A stretch of 64,000 nucleotides of DNA from an uncultured Planctomycetota bacterium (GTDB lineage: Bacteria > Planctomycetota > Planctomycetia > Gemmatales > Gemmataceae): the NCBI GenBank assembly GCA_963849325.1, contig CAWKHF010000012.1:160001-224000 (forward strand). The letters run 5' to 3'. Below the pieces are notes generated by a model, which saw nothing but the letters and a program-made list of their open reading frames with translations, had not been told where the DNA came from and ran no database searches. Below are positions 31,801-42,357 of the stretch, one piece after another. The translations under genes were made by a program, and so were the position numbers. Position 1 is the stretch's first letter. Every line of letters begins with the position of its first letter.

Positions 31801-32494
31801 GTCGCGCCCCCCGGCGTTGCAGGTATTCGCTGGCGGCCAGCGCGGCACAGGACAGCACAATCGCCGCGCTCACCAGTCTCCACATGCGCTGCTCGTAGGC
31901 GTCGCCGGGCTGCTCGTTCAGCAGATACAGCTGCACGGCCAGGGTGCGTCGGCCCGGCTGACTGCCGGCGAACAGCAGCGTCGCGCCGAATTCGCCCAGG
32001 CCGCGGGCGAAGGCCAGTACGGCGCCGGCGATGACGCCGTGACGCGCCAGCGGCAGGCTCACCGTCAGGAAGGCGTCCAGCGGCCGCGCTCCGAGCGAAC
32101 GAGCGGCCAGGGCGAAGCGCGGATCGACGCCCTGGAAGGCGACGCGCACGGCCCGCACCAGCAGCGGAAAGCCCATCACCGCGCCGGCCAACGCCGCCGC
32201 CATCCACGTAAAGGCCACCTCGATGCCGAAGGCGTCGTGCAGCAACGCGCCCAGCCAACCGCGACGGCCCAGCAACAAGAGCAACAAATAGCCCGTGACG
32301 ACCGGCGGCAGGACCAGCGGTAAATTCAACAGCGTTTCCAGCAGGGTCTTACCGAGGAAGCTGCGGCGAGCCAGCAGCCAGCCGAGGATCAGGCCGAATG
32401 GCAGACTGCCCACGACGGCCACGGCCGACACACCGGCGCTGAAGGCGACCGCGTGCCAGTCCTCCGCCTCCAGACCCAGAAACGACGTGTCCAT
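31787..32494 (-). CDS. modB: Molybdate ABC transporter permease
   Basis: LPLVLPPVVTGY, FARGLGEFGAT. Confidence 0.93.
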   Translation of the reverse strand: MDTSFLGLEAEDWHAVAFSAGVSAVAVVGSLPFGLILGWLLARRSFLGKTLLETLLNLPLVLPPVVTGYLLLLLLGRRGWLGALLHDAFGIEVAFTWMAAALAGAVMGFPLLVRAVRVAFQGVDPRFALAARSLGARPLDAFLTVSLPLARHGVIAGAVLAFARGLGEFGATLLFAGSQPGRRTLAVQLYLLNEQPGDAYEQRMWRLVSAAIVLSCAALAASEYLQRRGARRDSP

Positions 32495-32500
32495 GAGGTG

Positions 32501-33275
32501 TCACCGAGGGTCCGACACCCCGCGCTCGTCTGGAGGGAGGACGCGGAACCCCGCCTGGCGGAAGTGTGCGCCGGCCGACTCACCGCCCAGGAAGTCATAG
32601 AAGGCGCGGGCCGACGGCGAAGAATCCACGCGGCGGACGAGCATGAGCGGATAGCGGATCGGCGTGTGCAGTTTCTCCGGCACTTCCAGGGCCACGCGCG
32701 ACCTTGTCGCTCGCCGCCGCGTCGGTGGCGTAGACCAACCCCGCCTCCGCCTCGCCGCGCACCACCAGGGTCAGCGTCGCCCGCACGTCGCCGGCCTCGC
32801 GGACTCGCTGCTGGACCTGCTCCCAGATCCCCGCGTTTTTCAGGGCTTCACGAGCGTATCGCCCCGCCGGCACCGGATCGAGGGCCAACGCCAGATGCTT
32901 CACCTTGTCGTCGGCCAGGTCGGCCAGGTTGCGGAGGGGAAGCGGTTGGTCGGCCGGCGTCACGACTACGAGGCGGTTGGCCAGCAGGTCGCGGCGCTCA
33001 AGGACCACACCCTTGTCGGCGAGATAATCCGCCCAGTGTTCGTCCGCGGAGAGGAACAGGTCGGCGCCGGCGCCCTGCTCGATTTGCCGAGCCAGCGTCG
33101 AGGAAGCGCTGAAACTGGATGTCACGTGCGTACCCGTCTGCGCCTCGAAGTCGCGACCAATCGCCTGTATGGTTTCCTGCGTGCTGGCGGCGGCGAAGAC
33201 GATGACCTGCGGTTTCGACGCGCCGCAGCCGGCGAGGTTGGGCAGCAGGCAGAAGGCGAGCAAAAAGCGCTTCAT
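32501..33275 (-). CDS. modA: Molybdate ABC transporter substrate-binding lipoprotein (frameshift near 32697)
   Basis: LAGC lipobox, VFAAAS, SSTLARQIEQGAGADLFLSA, PAGRYA, GLVYATDA. Confidence 0.93.
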
Positions 33276-33407
33276 GCGGCTTGATCTATGAAGGCCGCGA
33301 ACGTCGGTCAAGCGGCAGCGGACTAGATGCAATCGGACGGAATCGCTACTCTGGTTCGGGCCGCCGGCGACCTGGTGCCGGATGGCGAACGAATTGGAGG
33401 GTCGCAG

Positions 33408-34094
33408 ATGGAAACGCTTCGCTCCGGAGCGCCGGCGCAGGCCGGCGCTCGGCCAGCCTTGTACTACGAGCAAGTGCGTCCCGAGGTGGCGGCGCTGGTG
33501 CCGCCGGAGTGCCGCCGCGTCCTCGAAGTTGGCTGCGGCGCCGGCGAGTTGGGTCGCCTGTTACGGACGCGCGGCTATCACGTCACCGGGATCGAGCTGG
33601 TGCCGGAGATGGCCGAGCGAGCGCGGCGCGGACTCGATCGCGTCGAGACGGCGGACGTCGAGAGCGACGGCTTTCCGTTTCCGCCGGCGTCGTTCGACGC
33701 CATCGTCTTCGCCGACGTGCTGGAACACCTGGTCGATCCGTGGCGCGTGCTGCGCGAGGCGGCGGACGTGTTGGCCGACGGCGGCGTGGTCGTGGCCAGC
33801 ATCCCTAACGTGCAAAACCTCGACGTGCTGCGCCGCCTGCTGCGCGGCCGCTGGGACTACCGGGAGCGCGGCATCCTTGATCGCGGCCATCTACGCTTCT
33901 TTACGCTGCACACCATCCGCGATTTGTTCACTCAGGCGGGGCTGACGCTGGAACACGTCGGCCATCGCTACCGCCGAAATTGGTGGCGCGAGATGCTCTG
34001 CCTGCTCACGGTAGGACGAGCGCGAGCGTTCTGGACGCGGCAATATCTGGTCGTCGGCCGCAAGCGCGCTCCGCTTTCTGAGCCGCGACCGTAA
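33408..34094 (+). CDS. Class I SAM-dependent methyltransferase
   Basis: VLEVGCGAG, FDAIVFADVLEHLVDP, GILDRGHLRFFT; GGAGG RBS. Confidence 0.9.
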   Translation: METLRSGAPAQAGARPALYYEQVRPEVAALVPPECRRVLEVGCGAGELGRLLRTRGYHVTGIELVPEMAERARRGLDRVETADVESDGFPFPPASFDAIVFADVLEHLVDPWRVLREAADVLADGGVVVASIPNVQNLDVLRRLLRGRWDYRERGILDRGHLRFFTLHTIRDLFTQAGLTLEHVGHRYRRNWWREMLCLLTVGRARAFWTRQYLVVGRKRAPLSEPRP

Positions 34095-34133
34095 GGGAGC
34101 GGGGATTCTCCCGCTCCCTTACGGTCGCGGCTC
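34080..34133. repeat. REP-like palindrome, family C (GAGCCGCGACCGTAAGGGAGCG)
   Basis: Perfect arms; copy at 39631-39682. Confidence 0.9.
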
Positions 34134-35753
34134 GGTTGGTTCCGCGTCTTCCGGCGCGAAACCGGGACGATGGCGGTTCGCATAGTACGCCACCAGGGCC
34201 AGAGCGTAGGCGGCGATGGTCAGGGCGTTGAGGAGCAGGATCATCGTAACCTGGGCTAGCGTCATGGAGAGATCCTGGAGGTTCACCAAGCCGCCCGTAT
34301 CCAAGATTTGCGATATGACGGCCAGCGTGTAGAGCGGAAAAAGCCAAGGCACGAGTACCCCGGCCCAGAGCACGCGGTGGTTGCGAGCCGGGACATGCCA
34401 GGAAATCCACAGCATGGCGCAACCGGCGGTGATGCCGCTGCAGAGGAATTCCAGTGCGGGGAGCCATCGCTCCACGGAGAAGATGCCAGCCAGGGCAAAG
34501 AGGGTCCCGATCGAGCTACCGAGTGTCGTTATGAATCCGTTGAGGTATCCCATGACCGCCGCATCGCGGAGCCGTTCGGCCGCGCGACACCAACGTCCCA
34601 TTCGCGCCGGCAGTCCCGGACGTCGGCCGTGGATCGGCTCACCGCGGCCGAAGCGGAGCAGGTCTTCCGCCAACGCGCCGGCCGTGGCGTAACGCTGGCG
34701 CGGCTCCTTTTGCAAGCACTTCAAACAGATCGTCTCCAGATCGGGCGGCACCTCGGGCCGCCAGCGGCGCGGCGGGGCGGGTTCCCAGGAACGCACACGC
34801 TCCAGGGTCAGCAGCAAAGACGGACCCTGGCACGGCAGCCGCCGGGTCAGCAGCTCGTACAGGATGACTCCTAGGGCGTACACGTCGGTCGGCGGACCGA
34901 CCGCGTGTACCCAGCCCTCGGCCTGCTCGGGCGCCATGTACAGCGGCGTGCCCAGGATCACGCCGCTGGTGGTTAGCTCATCTTCCGCTTCCAGCAACTT
35001 GGCCAGTCCAAAATCGGTCAACCGGGGGAGGAACGGCAGCTCGTCCGCAGCGAGCGGGGTTGCGTTAGCGCCCCGAGGCCGCGGCTCCAGCAGGATGTTG
35101 CTCGGCTTGAGATCGCGGTGCAGGATGCCGTGCTCGTGAGCGTGCTGGACGGCGTCGGCCAAAACCGCCGTCAGCGCCGCCGCCTCCCGCGGCGTCAACG
35201 GCCCCCGCTGTCGTCCCAGCCAGACGGCCAGGTTCTCTCCCGGACAATAGGCCGACACCATGTAGCAAACCGGGCCGACCTCGCCGGCCTCGTGGATCGG
35301 CACGATGTTCGGGTGGTCCAGGCGAGCGGCGGCGCGGGCCTCGCGCAGGAAGCGCGCCCGCAGGTCAGGGTTGCCCAGGGCGTCCGGGCGCGGCAGCTTG
35401 AGGGCGATCGGACGCTGCAAGTGCGGATCTTCGGCCAAAAAGACGACGCCGAAGCCGCCGCGGCCCAGCTCGCGCTGAATGAAGAAGCGGCCGAAGCGGG
35501 CTGGCAAAGGGGCCATCCCCGGCGAAGGGTCCACGTCCACGGTCGAGGGCAACTCCGCCGGCGCGTCGGCGGGCGGATCCTGGAGGCGGAGAAGCCGCAT
35601 ACACGTCCGCAGACGCTGCCGCTGCTTGTCGTGCGGCCCCGTAACGGCGTCGTCCGCCGTCGATTCATCGCCGTCCCGCGATAGGTCCTCATCACACTGG
35701 ACCATCCAGGCGATCAGATCGTCTTCCAGCTCATCGGCATCATGGGGATTCAT
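34119..35753 (-). CDS. Hanks-type Ser/Thr protein kinase with C-terminal multi-TM domain
   Basis: [38 protein letters not shown]; 4-5 hydrophobic segments at the C-terminus. Confidence 0.95.
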   Translation of the reverse strand: MNPHDADELEDDLIAWMVQCDEDLSRDGDESTADDAVTGPHDKQRQRLRTCMRLLRLQDPPADAPAELPSTVDVDPSPGMAPLPARFGRFFIQRELGRGGFGVVFLAEDPHLQRPIALKLPRPDALGNPDLRARFLREARAAARLDHPNIVPIHEAGEVGPVCYMVSAYCPGENLAVWLGRQRGPLTPREAAALTAVLADAVQHAHEHGILHRDLKPSNILLEPRPRGANATPLAADELPFLPRLTDFGLAKLLEAEDELTTSGVILGTPLYMAPEQAEGWVHAVGPPTDVYALGVILYELLTRRLPCQGPSLLLTLERVRSWEPAPPRRWRPEVPPDLETICLKCLQKEPRQRYATAGALAEDLLRFGRGEPIHGRRPGLPARMGRWCRAAERLRDAAVMGYLNGFITTLGSSIGTLFALAGIFSVERWLPALEFLCSGITAGCAMLWISWHVPARNHRVLWAGVLVPWLFPLYTLAVISQILDTGGLVNLQDLSMTLAQVTMILLLNALTIAAYALALVAYYANRHRPGFAPEDAEPTEPRP

Positions 35754-36368
35754 GAGGCGGCACCAGTATCTTTTGCAGACTGCTCACCGCCCGCGCCACA
35801 GCTTGCGGACGGACTCGGACGAGCAGTTCAACGTCGCGCCGATCTGGGCGAACGTCTGTTTCTCCTGGTAGCGCAGATGGAGGACGCGCCGATAGTGCTC
35901 CGGCAGACGCGACAGGGCCGCCTCCAACGCCGCCGTTTCCTCGTGGGCAATCGCCCGGGCGCTGGGGCTGGGCGTGTCGCCGGCTACTTCCGGGAGCCGT
36001 CCCGCTTCGTTTTCGCCGCCGGCCAGTGGCCGCTCGCGGTCCAGCGCCCGCTTCTCGGCGCCGCGGTAACGCCGCGCCGCGTTGGCCACGTTGTGAAACA
36101 GGATTTGGCACAGCCAGGCCAGCCATTCCTCCGTCCGCTCGCTCCGAAAGCCCGCGAAGTCACGCTGCGCTTCCAGGAACGTCTCCTGCACCAGGTCCGA
36201 GGCGCTGATTTTCCGTCGCAGCTCCGCATCCAGTTTGCGGTCGGCCGCCAGCAGCAAGTAGTCGCGGCACTCCATCAGGGCGCGGCCCAGGGCGTCGGGC
36301 GATCCCGCGCGGGCCTCCGTCAGCAGCCGCGCGAATTCCGTCTCTTCAAGGAAATGGGGCGCGGACAT
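35740..36368 (-). CDS. Planctomycete-type ECF sigma factor (TIGR02984-like), frameshift near 35790
   Basis: LRRKISASDLVQETFLEAQRDF, WLAWLCQIL, AEKRALDRE, LPEHYRRVLHLRY; overlaps the kinase start. Confidence 0.9.
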
Positions 36369-36596
36369 GGCTTTCCTCTCGTTGCGGGAGGTGAATTTTC
36401 CACCCACTGTAACAGTTCTTCGCGGCGGAGCAAGATTGCGCGTCCGCTTTTGCGGCCCACCGGGCTTAGGAGGGTGAAGACCTTATCCCTGTACGAGAGG
36501 ACCTTGACGCTCGCTCCGGCGTCCGCCGTGCGCGCTCCGCCGTAGCGAAGCTGCCCATCCCCCAGGTGGGTTCGTCCTTCACCAAAGGAGTCTCTC

Positions 36597-38112
36597 ATGA
36601 GCCTGGCACGTCTGTACAAGCGTATGTGGCAGCAGGTCAACGCAAAGGCGCAGCCTCGACGCGGCCCCCAGTCCCGGAGATCCTGCCCTCTGCAACTGGA
36701 GGAGTTGGAGTCGCGCCTCGTGCCGTCCAGCACCGAGGTCTTCACTCCGAGCGCGGCGGCCAGCGCGGCGCCTCAACCCACGTCGCACCCTGTACACACC
36801 ACGGTCTTCACGGTCACTTCCACCGGCGACGACCCCGGCACGCTGGCGCCGCCCACCACCACGTCCGGCCCCAACTTCACTCTGCGCGACGCCATCCTCG
36901 GAGCCAACGCGACCGGCGGCCCGGCTAAGATCGTGTTCGACCTTGGCACGGCGGGACCACAGAATATCGAGCTCCAGGCGGCGCTGCCTACCTTGGTGAA
37001 CGACAACACCACCATCGACGGGACCAGCGAACCGGGATGGTCTGGAGTTCCGCTCGTGCAGATAATCCCGAACTCGCAGTCCTCGGTGGGTCGGCGCGCC
37101 GGGATTGGTCATCAATGCGAACGGCTGCACCATCAAGGGATTGGAGATTGGGGTGGAGGGTGACAACTTCCTAGGCGACGGTGTTGACGTGTACGGCAAC
37201 GCAAACGTACTCTCCGATGATGAATTTGATTACAACGCTGGCTTCGGCATAGCCCTCAAGGCCGGAGCCTCCAACAACACCATTGGAGGGCAGACGGTTA
37301 TCGACTCTGGATACAACGACGTGATCTCTAACAATAGATTAGGTGGTGTCGAAATCACCGGGATTGGCACATCGGGAAACGTCATCCAGGGCACTCTTAT
37401 CGGACTAAATAGTGGCGATGGCGTGCAGATCGACCAGGGAGCGGCGAACAACGTCATCGGCGGCACGGCTCCGGGCGCGGGCAACGTGATCGCGTCCAAC
37501 TTCCAATCTAAGACGGCACCGACCACCAACATCGTGCCCCAGCAGGTGCCAGCGGGGCCGACCGGGGGTAGTTGGGGCGTCCAGTTGACGCCATCGGCCG
37601 GGGTCGGCAACACCATCGAAGGAAACTCCATCTACGGAAATAGCACCGGCGGCATCGACCTGGGCGGCCTGCCGGCGACCGGCAACCTCAACCCGCCCCT
37701 CTCTCCCGAACCCAACAACGCCCAGAACGCCCCTATCATCACCAGCGCGGCGTACAGCGCGAACGACAACACCACCACGATCGCCTTCACGCTCAGCAGC
37801 GCTCTCGGTGGCACGTACCGCATCGAGTTGTTCGGGGCCGACCCGACCTCGAAGGCCCCGCAAGGCGAAACCTTCCTTGGCTACGCGCCGGTGACGACCG
37901 ACTCGAAGGGCGAGGTCCATGGCACGTTCATCTTCCAGGGGGCTCTACCGCAATCCGAAACCTCCGTCACCGCGACCGCCACGGATAGCAAGGGCGATAC
38001 CTCGGAGTTTTCCGTCAGCAGGGGCGTGACCGTGATCTCTATTGTCCCTCTCCCTCCCACTTCCACTCCACATTCCTCCCCAGGAGGGGGCAATGGTCCG
38101 CATCATCCTTGA
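36597..38112 (+). CDS. Secreted LEPR-XLL-type protein with right-handed beta-helix repeats (frameshift near 37095)
   Basis: LQLEELESRLVPS, FTVTSTGD, TLRDAI, repeated GNVIQG/NNVIGG/GNTIEGNSIYGN, GIDLG, TATATDSKGDTSEFS. Confidence 0.82.
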
Positions 38113-38275
38113 GTAGTTCACCGTGGAGCGTGTGAGGAGGCCAGGAAGACATTCGTAAGGCGCACCGGTGCGCTCGAAGAACAAGTTCGCCAAATCGCCC
38201 CATTGTTTAACAGGTTGCGGCAGTGGGGATCGAAGTCAACCGGAGCAGCCTATTCCGAGAATCGGAGGTAGTCAG

Positions 38276-38546
38276 ATGGCCGTACAGGGTGGAGACAGCG
38301 GCTGCATCAGCGGACTCGTTGACGACAATGGCGCGGTCAGCTTCAACATCAACGTCAACGGGGATGCCTTCGGATCAACACACACCGGGACCATTACTTG
38401 TGATCGTCCGGTGCGCATCGTGTCGGAGCAGCACCTGGATGGTGGCGGTGATTACGCTGGCGCTGCGAACGGCAACATTTACACGTGGCGCACTCGAGTG
38501 CGCCAATTTCGCGGGGGTGCATTACAACATCCAGCTGGCGTACTGA
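38276..38546 (+). CDS. Small hypothetical beta-rich protein (3' end uncertain; possible frameshift near 38488)
   Basis: GGAGG RBS 7 nt before the ATG; MAVQGGDSGCISG... An alternative frame gives the plausible end ALECANFAGVHYNIQLAY; the unshifted frame ends at 38605. Confidence 0.45.
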
Positions 38547-38760
38547 CGGATAGTGGGGATCGTGATAGCGAAGACCCACACCGTTGCCGGTTCGCTCTTC
38601 GGTAACCGGATCGGTGGATCGAGCCGCGTCATCGCGGCTCGATCTCGTATTCCTCCCCAGCGCGGCCCTTTTTCACGCGCCAATATCTCGTCGTCGTCCG
38701 CAAGAACGCTCGCTAGAATGAACCGTGTGACGCATCACCGACGAGAAGGGGGTTCGTTTC

Positions 38761-39624
38761 ATGACATCTCGTTGTCACCACTTTGGCCTCGGTCTCGCTC
38801 TGCTGACGGCCGCGTTGGCCTGTTCACTTCTCCGCGCCGATGAACGGCTCAAGGACATCGCCTGCCGCTCCGTCCATCTCCGCTACCCCGCAGCCGAGGG
38901 TGTGGCGTTTTACAACGAGGTCGCGGTCGAGCGCTCTGCTCCCGGCACCTACTTCATGGTGTGCGGCTGGGACAAGGGCTATTTCGGCATGCAAGAGCTG
39001 GGCAACGGCAAGAAGCTGCTGCTCTTCTCCGTGTGGGACTCCGGTCAGAACGATCCCAAGGCCGTCGCCGAGGACAAGCACGTTCGGCTGCTGCACCGAG
39101 ATGCGAAGGTGCGCATTGGCCGCTTCGGCGGCGAGGGCACCGGCGGGCAGTCGTTCTTCGATTACGACTGGAAGGCCGGACAGACGTATCGTTTCCTGGT
39201 GACGGCCCGCATCAATGGCGAACGCACGGAGTACGCCGGCTGGTTCTATCTTCCCGAAGACAAGGCGTGGAAACATCTGGTGACGTTTTCCACCCTCACG
39301 GGCGGAAAACGGCTGCGCGGTTACTACTCGTTTATCGAGGACTTCAAGCGCGACCGCGCCTCGGCCACGAAGGTCCGCTCCGCTCACTTCGGCAACGGCT
39401 GGATCCAAAACAAGGACGGCGAATGGCAAGCGCTAACCAAGGCGCGCTTTACCGCCGATCGCAACCCCGTCGTGAACATCAACGCCGTCCTCGACGGCGA
39501 ACGATTTTCCCTGGCGACCGGCGACGACACAAGCAACAAGGATACGAAGCTGGGTGCGACGATGGAATTGCCGTCTCGATCCAAACGGATGCCGCCGGAA
39601 GGATTGCCGGCAGCCGATCGTTAG
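38761..39624 (+). CDS. DUF3472/DUF5077 domain secreted protein
   Basis: RSVHL, FYNEV, GYFGMQE, LFSVWD, FGGEGTGGQS, YSFIEDF. Confidence 0.85.
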   Translation: MTSRCHHFGLGLALLTAALACSLLRADERLKDIACRSVHLRYPAAEGVAFYNEVAVERSAPGTYFMVCGWDKGYFGMQELGNGKKLLLFSVWDSGQNDPKAVAEDKHVRLLHRDAKVRIGRFGGEGTGGQSFFDYDWKAGQTYRFLVTARINGERTEYAGWFYLPEDKAWKHLVTFSTLTGGKRLRGYYSFIEDFKRDRASATKVRSAHFGNGWIQNKDGEWQALTKARFTADRNPVVNINAVLDGERFSLATGDDTSNKDTKLGATMELPSRSKRMPPEGLPAADR

Positions 39625-39630
39625 AGGACC

Positions 39631-39682
39631 GAGCCGCGACCGTCAGGGAGCGGTTACTCCCGCTCCCTGACGGTCGCGGCTC
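39631..39682. repeat. REP-like palindrome, family C
   Basis: GAGCCGCGACCGTCAGGGAGCG...CGCTCCCTGACGGTCGCGGCTC between convergent genes. Confidence 0.9.
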
Positions 39683-39696
39683 CGAAGGGCGGGAAG

Positions 39697-40122
39697 TCAT
39701 TTCGACTGGTTCAGGAAATCGAACACTTGCAGCTTCTCCATGTCGAAGTGTTCGCCATGCTTCTTGACGAACTCCAGGTGCATGGGGTATTCGAGGTACG
39801 CCTTGAGTCCGCGGGCATCCTCGACGAGCACGAGCAGGGCGAAATCGTACTTCATTTTGGGAACGTCCGGCGTGCCCTCCTTGGCCGGCCGGCCGGCGTG
39901 GACCGAGCGCACGGCGGGAATGTTGGCCAACAGGTTATGGCAATCGGCGATGGCCTTGGTGACCGCGTCCGTGGGCGCGTCCTTCTTCATGCGGAAGACG
40001 ACGACGTGGGCGAAGGGAGGATGGATCTTCTTGTCCGCCGCCTTCGGAAGCTGGGCCGGCGCCAGGCCCGCCACGATTCCGAACAGGGCCAGCGCGGCCC
40101 CCAACAGCAATGTCCGCGTCAT
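39697..40122 (-). CDS. Dabb (stress-responsive A/B barrel) family protein with signal peptide
   Basis: HVVVFRMK, LANIPAV, YDFALLV, YLEYPMHLEFV, VFDF. Confidence 0.85.
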   Translation of the reverse strand: MTRTLLLGAALALFGIVAGLAPAQLPKAADKKIHPPFAHVVVFRMKKDAPTDAVTKAIADCHNLLANIPAVRSVHAGRPAKEGTPDVPKMKYDFALLVLVEDARGLKAYLEYPMHLEFVKKHGEHFDMEKLQVFDFLNQSK

Positions 40123-40239
40123 CCGTTGTCTCCTTCGTGAATGTTCCTCGTGACCTTCGAGAAAGGCTATCAAACGACGGCGCGGCGGGCAACGCGCCGC
40201 TGGCGGGACGGATTCAGCCGACGCTCGTACAATCGCGGT

Positions 40240-41259
40240 ATGCGCGGCAAACTGCGGCGAGCCTGGCCCGTCGTCAAGGCCATCCTGTGGCTTCTCATCC
40301 TGTTCCTGATCGGACGGCAGTTCGCCCGAGACCTGCGACGGCCCGAACTGTGGCAGCGTCCGCTGCATCCGGGCTGGCTCATCCTGTCGGGCCTGCTTTA
40401 TCTGCTGGGCATCGGTCTGTCCGCGCTGTACTGGGAGCGCTTGCTCGGCCATCTGGGGACGCGGCCGCCGCTGCGTGTGATGTTGCGGGCGTACTACCTC
40501 GGACACCTGGGCAAGTATCTACCGGGCAAGGCATGGGCGTTGTTTCTACGGTCGAGCCTGGTGCGCGGACACGGCGTCAGCCTCGGCCTGGCAACGCTCA
40601 CCTCGTTCTATGAGGTGCTGACGACGATGGCGGCGGGCGTGCTCGTGGCGACAGTGCTGTTCGCCGTGCTCGGCGCCGACGCCGGAGCCGGACTGAGTGC
40701 GGACACGCTGCGGCGACTGCTGACGCTGGGGCCGCCGGCCGAGGAAGGCTTGCAGCGCTCGGTCGTCGTGACGCTGTCGGCGCTGTTATTCCTGGCGTTG
40801 ATTGTGCCGCTGCAACCGGCGATCTTCAATCGGCTGGCGCATCGGATGTCGCTGCCGTTCCGCGAGCGCGACGCGGAGCAACTACCGCACATCCGTCTCG
40901 GCTACCTGGTGGAGGGACTGGCCTTCGCCGGCGTGGGCTGGCTGTTGTTGGGGGCGAGCGTCGCCGCCACGCTGCGCGGCATCGTTGGCGACGCCTGGCC
41001 GCTTTGGGACGTGCGGACGGCCCGGCTGCCGGCCGTCATGGGACTGGCTTACGTCATCGGCTTCGTCGTCCTCATCGCTCCGGGCGGACTGGGCGTGCGC
41101 GAGTTTCTGCTGACGTTGCTGCTGGCGCCGGAGTTGGTCGGTGTGGACGGATTGGGGGCGGAGCAGGCTCGCGGCACCGTCGTGCTGGCGGTCCTTGTCC
41201 TGCGTCTAGTGTGGACCGCGGCTGAGTTGGTTATGGCGGCCCTGGTTCGTCAGTTCTGA
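40240..41259 (+). CDS. Lysylphosphatidylglycerol-synthase-TM / flippase-like membrane protein (YbhN/AglD2-like)
   Basis: GHLGKYLPGK, APGGLGVRE, multiple TM segments. Confidence 0.82.
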   Translation: MRGKLRRAWPVVKAILWLLILFLIGRQFARDLRRPELWQRPLHPGWLILSGLLYLLGIGLSALYWERLLGHLGTRPPLRVMLRAYYLGHLGKYLPGKAWALFLRSSLVRGHGVSLGLATLTSFYEVLTTMAAGVLVATVLFAVLGADAGAGLSADTLRRLLTLGPPAEEGLQRSVVVTLSALLFLALIVPLQPAIFNRLAHRMSLPFRERDAEQLPHIRLGYLVEGLAFAGVGWLLLGASVAATLRGIVGDAWPLWDVRTARLPAVMGLAYVIGFVVLIAPGGLGVREFLLTLLLAPELVGVDGLGAEQARGTVVLAVLVLRLVWTAAELVMAALVRQF

Positions 41260-41336
41260 GTTCTGAGTTCTGAGTTCTGAGTGAAAGAAGGGAAGGATGT
41301 TTTTCACTCAGAACTCAGAACTCAGAACTCAGAACT
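41252..41336. repeat. Inverted array of the 7-mer AGTTCTG (4 forward + 4 reverse)
   Basis: Perfect long hairpin; overlaps the upstream stop codon. Confidence 0.9.
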
Positions 41337-41368
41337 ACTAATGGGGCCGGTATGTCAGGAGAACGGCC

Positions 41369-42357
41369 GTGATTTCGGTCGTCATTCCGGTCTTCAACGA
41401 ACGCGACAGCCTGCCGGCGCTGGCTGCGGAGATCGCCGCCGTGGCGAACGCGGCGCGGCTGGACCTGGAGATCCTCTTCGTGGACGACGGCAGCACGGAC
41501 GGTTCCTGGCAGGCGATCGCGGAGTTGGCGCGGCGCATTCGGAGATACACGGCATCCGCTTTCGCCGCAATTTCGGCAAGGCGGCGGCATTGTCGGCCGG
41601 CTTCCGCGCCGCACGCGGCGACATCATCCTGACGCTCGACGCCGACTTGCAGGACGACCCCGCCGAAATTCCGCGCTTCCTCGATAGGCTGGACGACATC
41701 AAGGCGAGCGGGGGGCTGACGACCTCCGCTCGCCTTGACGTCATCAGCGGTTGGAAGCGCGTGCGGCACGATCCCTGGCACAAGGTCTGGCCCAGTCGTG
41801 TCTTCAACTTCCTGGTCAGCTGGCTGACCGGCGTTCGCCTGCACGACCACAACTGCGGCATGAAGTGCTATCGTGCCGAAATCTTCCGCGAGGTGCGGCT
41901 GTATGGGGAACTGCACCGTTTCATCCCGGTGCTGGCGGCGGCGCGCGGCTACCGCGTCGGCGAGATCGAGGTCCAGCATCGGCCGCGCAAGTTCGGCCAT
42001 TCCAAGTATGGCGTGCGCCGCTTCGTCAAGGGCTTCCTCGATCTGCTCACGGTCAAGTTCCTCACCGGCTTCGGACAGCGGCCACAGCACCTGCTCGGTA
42101 GCCTCGGCCTGGTCAGCTTCCTGCTCGGCGGTCTCGTCCTGCTCTATCTCGGCGTCACCTGGATCATCCGCCTGTGGCAACCGGACGCCTACCCGCCGCT
42201 GCACGAACGGCCGCTGCTCATCTACGCCCTGGCCGCCCTGCTGCTTGGCGCCCAGATGATGTCCATTGGCTTCCTGGCCGAGCTGGTCACCGCCTACGTC
42301 GGCCGTGACGAGGACAGTTACAGCATCGCCGAAAAAACCCCTCCGCAAACTCCATGA
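41369..42357 (+). CDS. GT2 polyprenol-phosphate glycosyltransferase (ArnC/GtrB/DPM-like), frameshift near 41535
   Basis: [45 protein letters not shown], two C-terminal TM helices. Confidence 0.9.
41701..41736. repeat. Family A reduced palindrome in-frame inside the GT2 gene
   Basis: AAGGCGAGCGGGGGGCTGACGACCTCCGCTCGCCTT. Confidence 0.8.
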
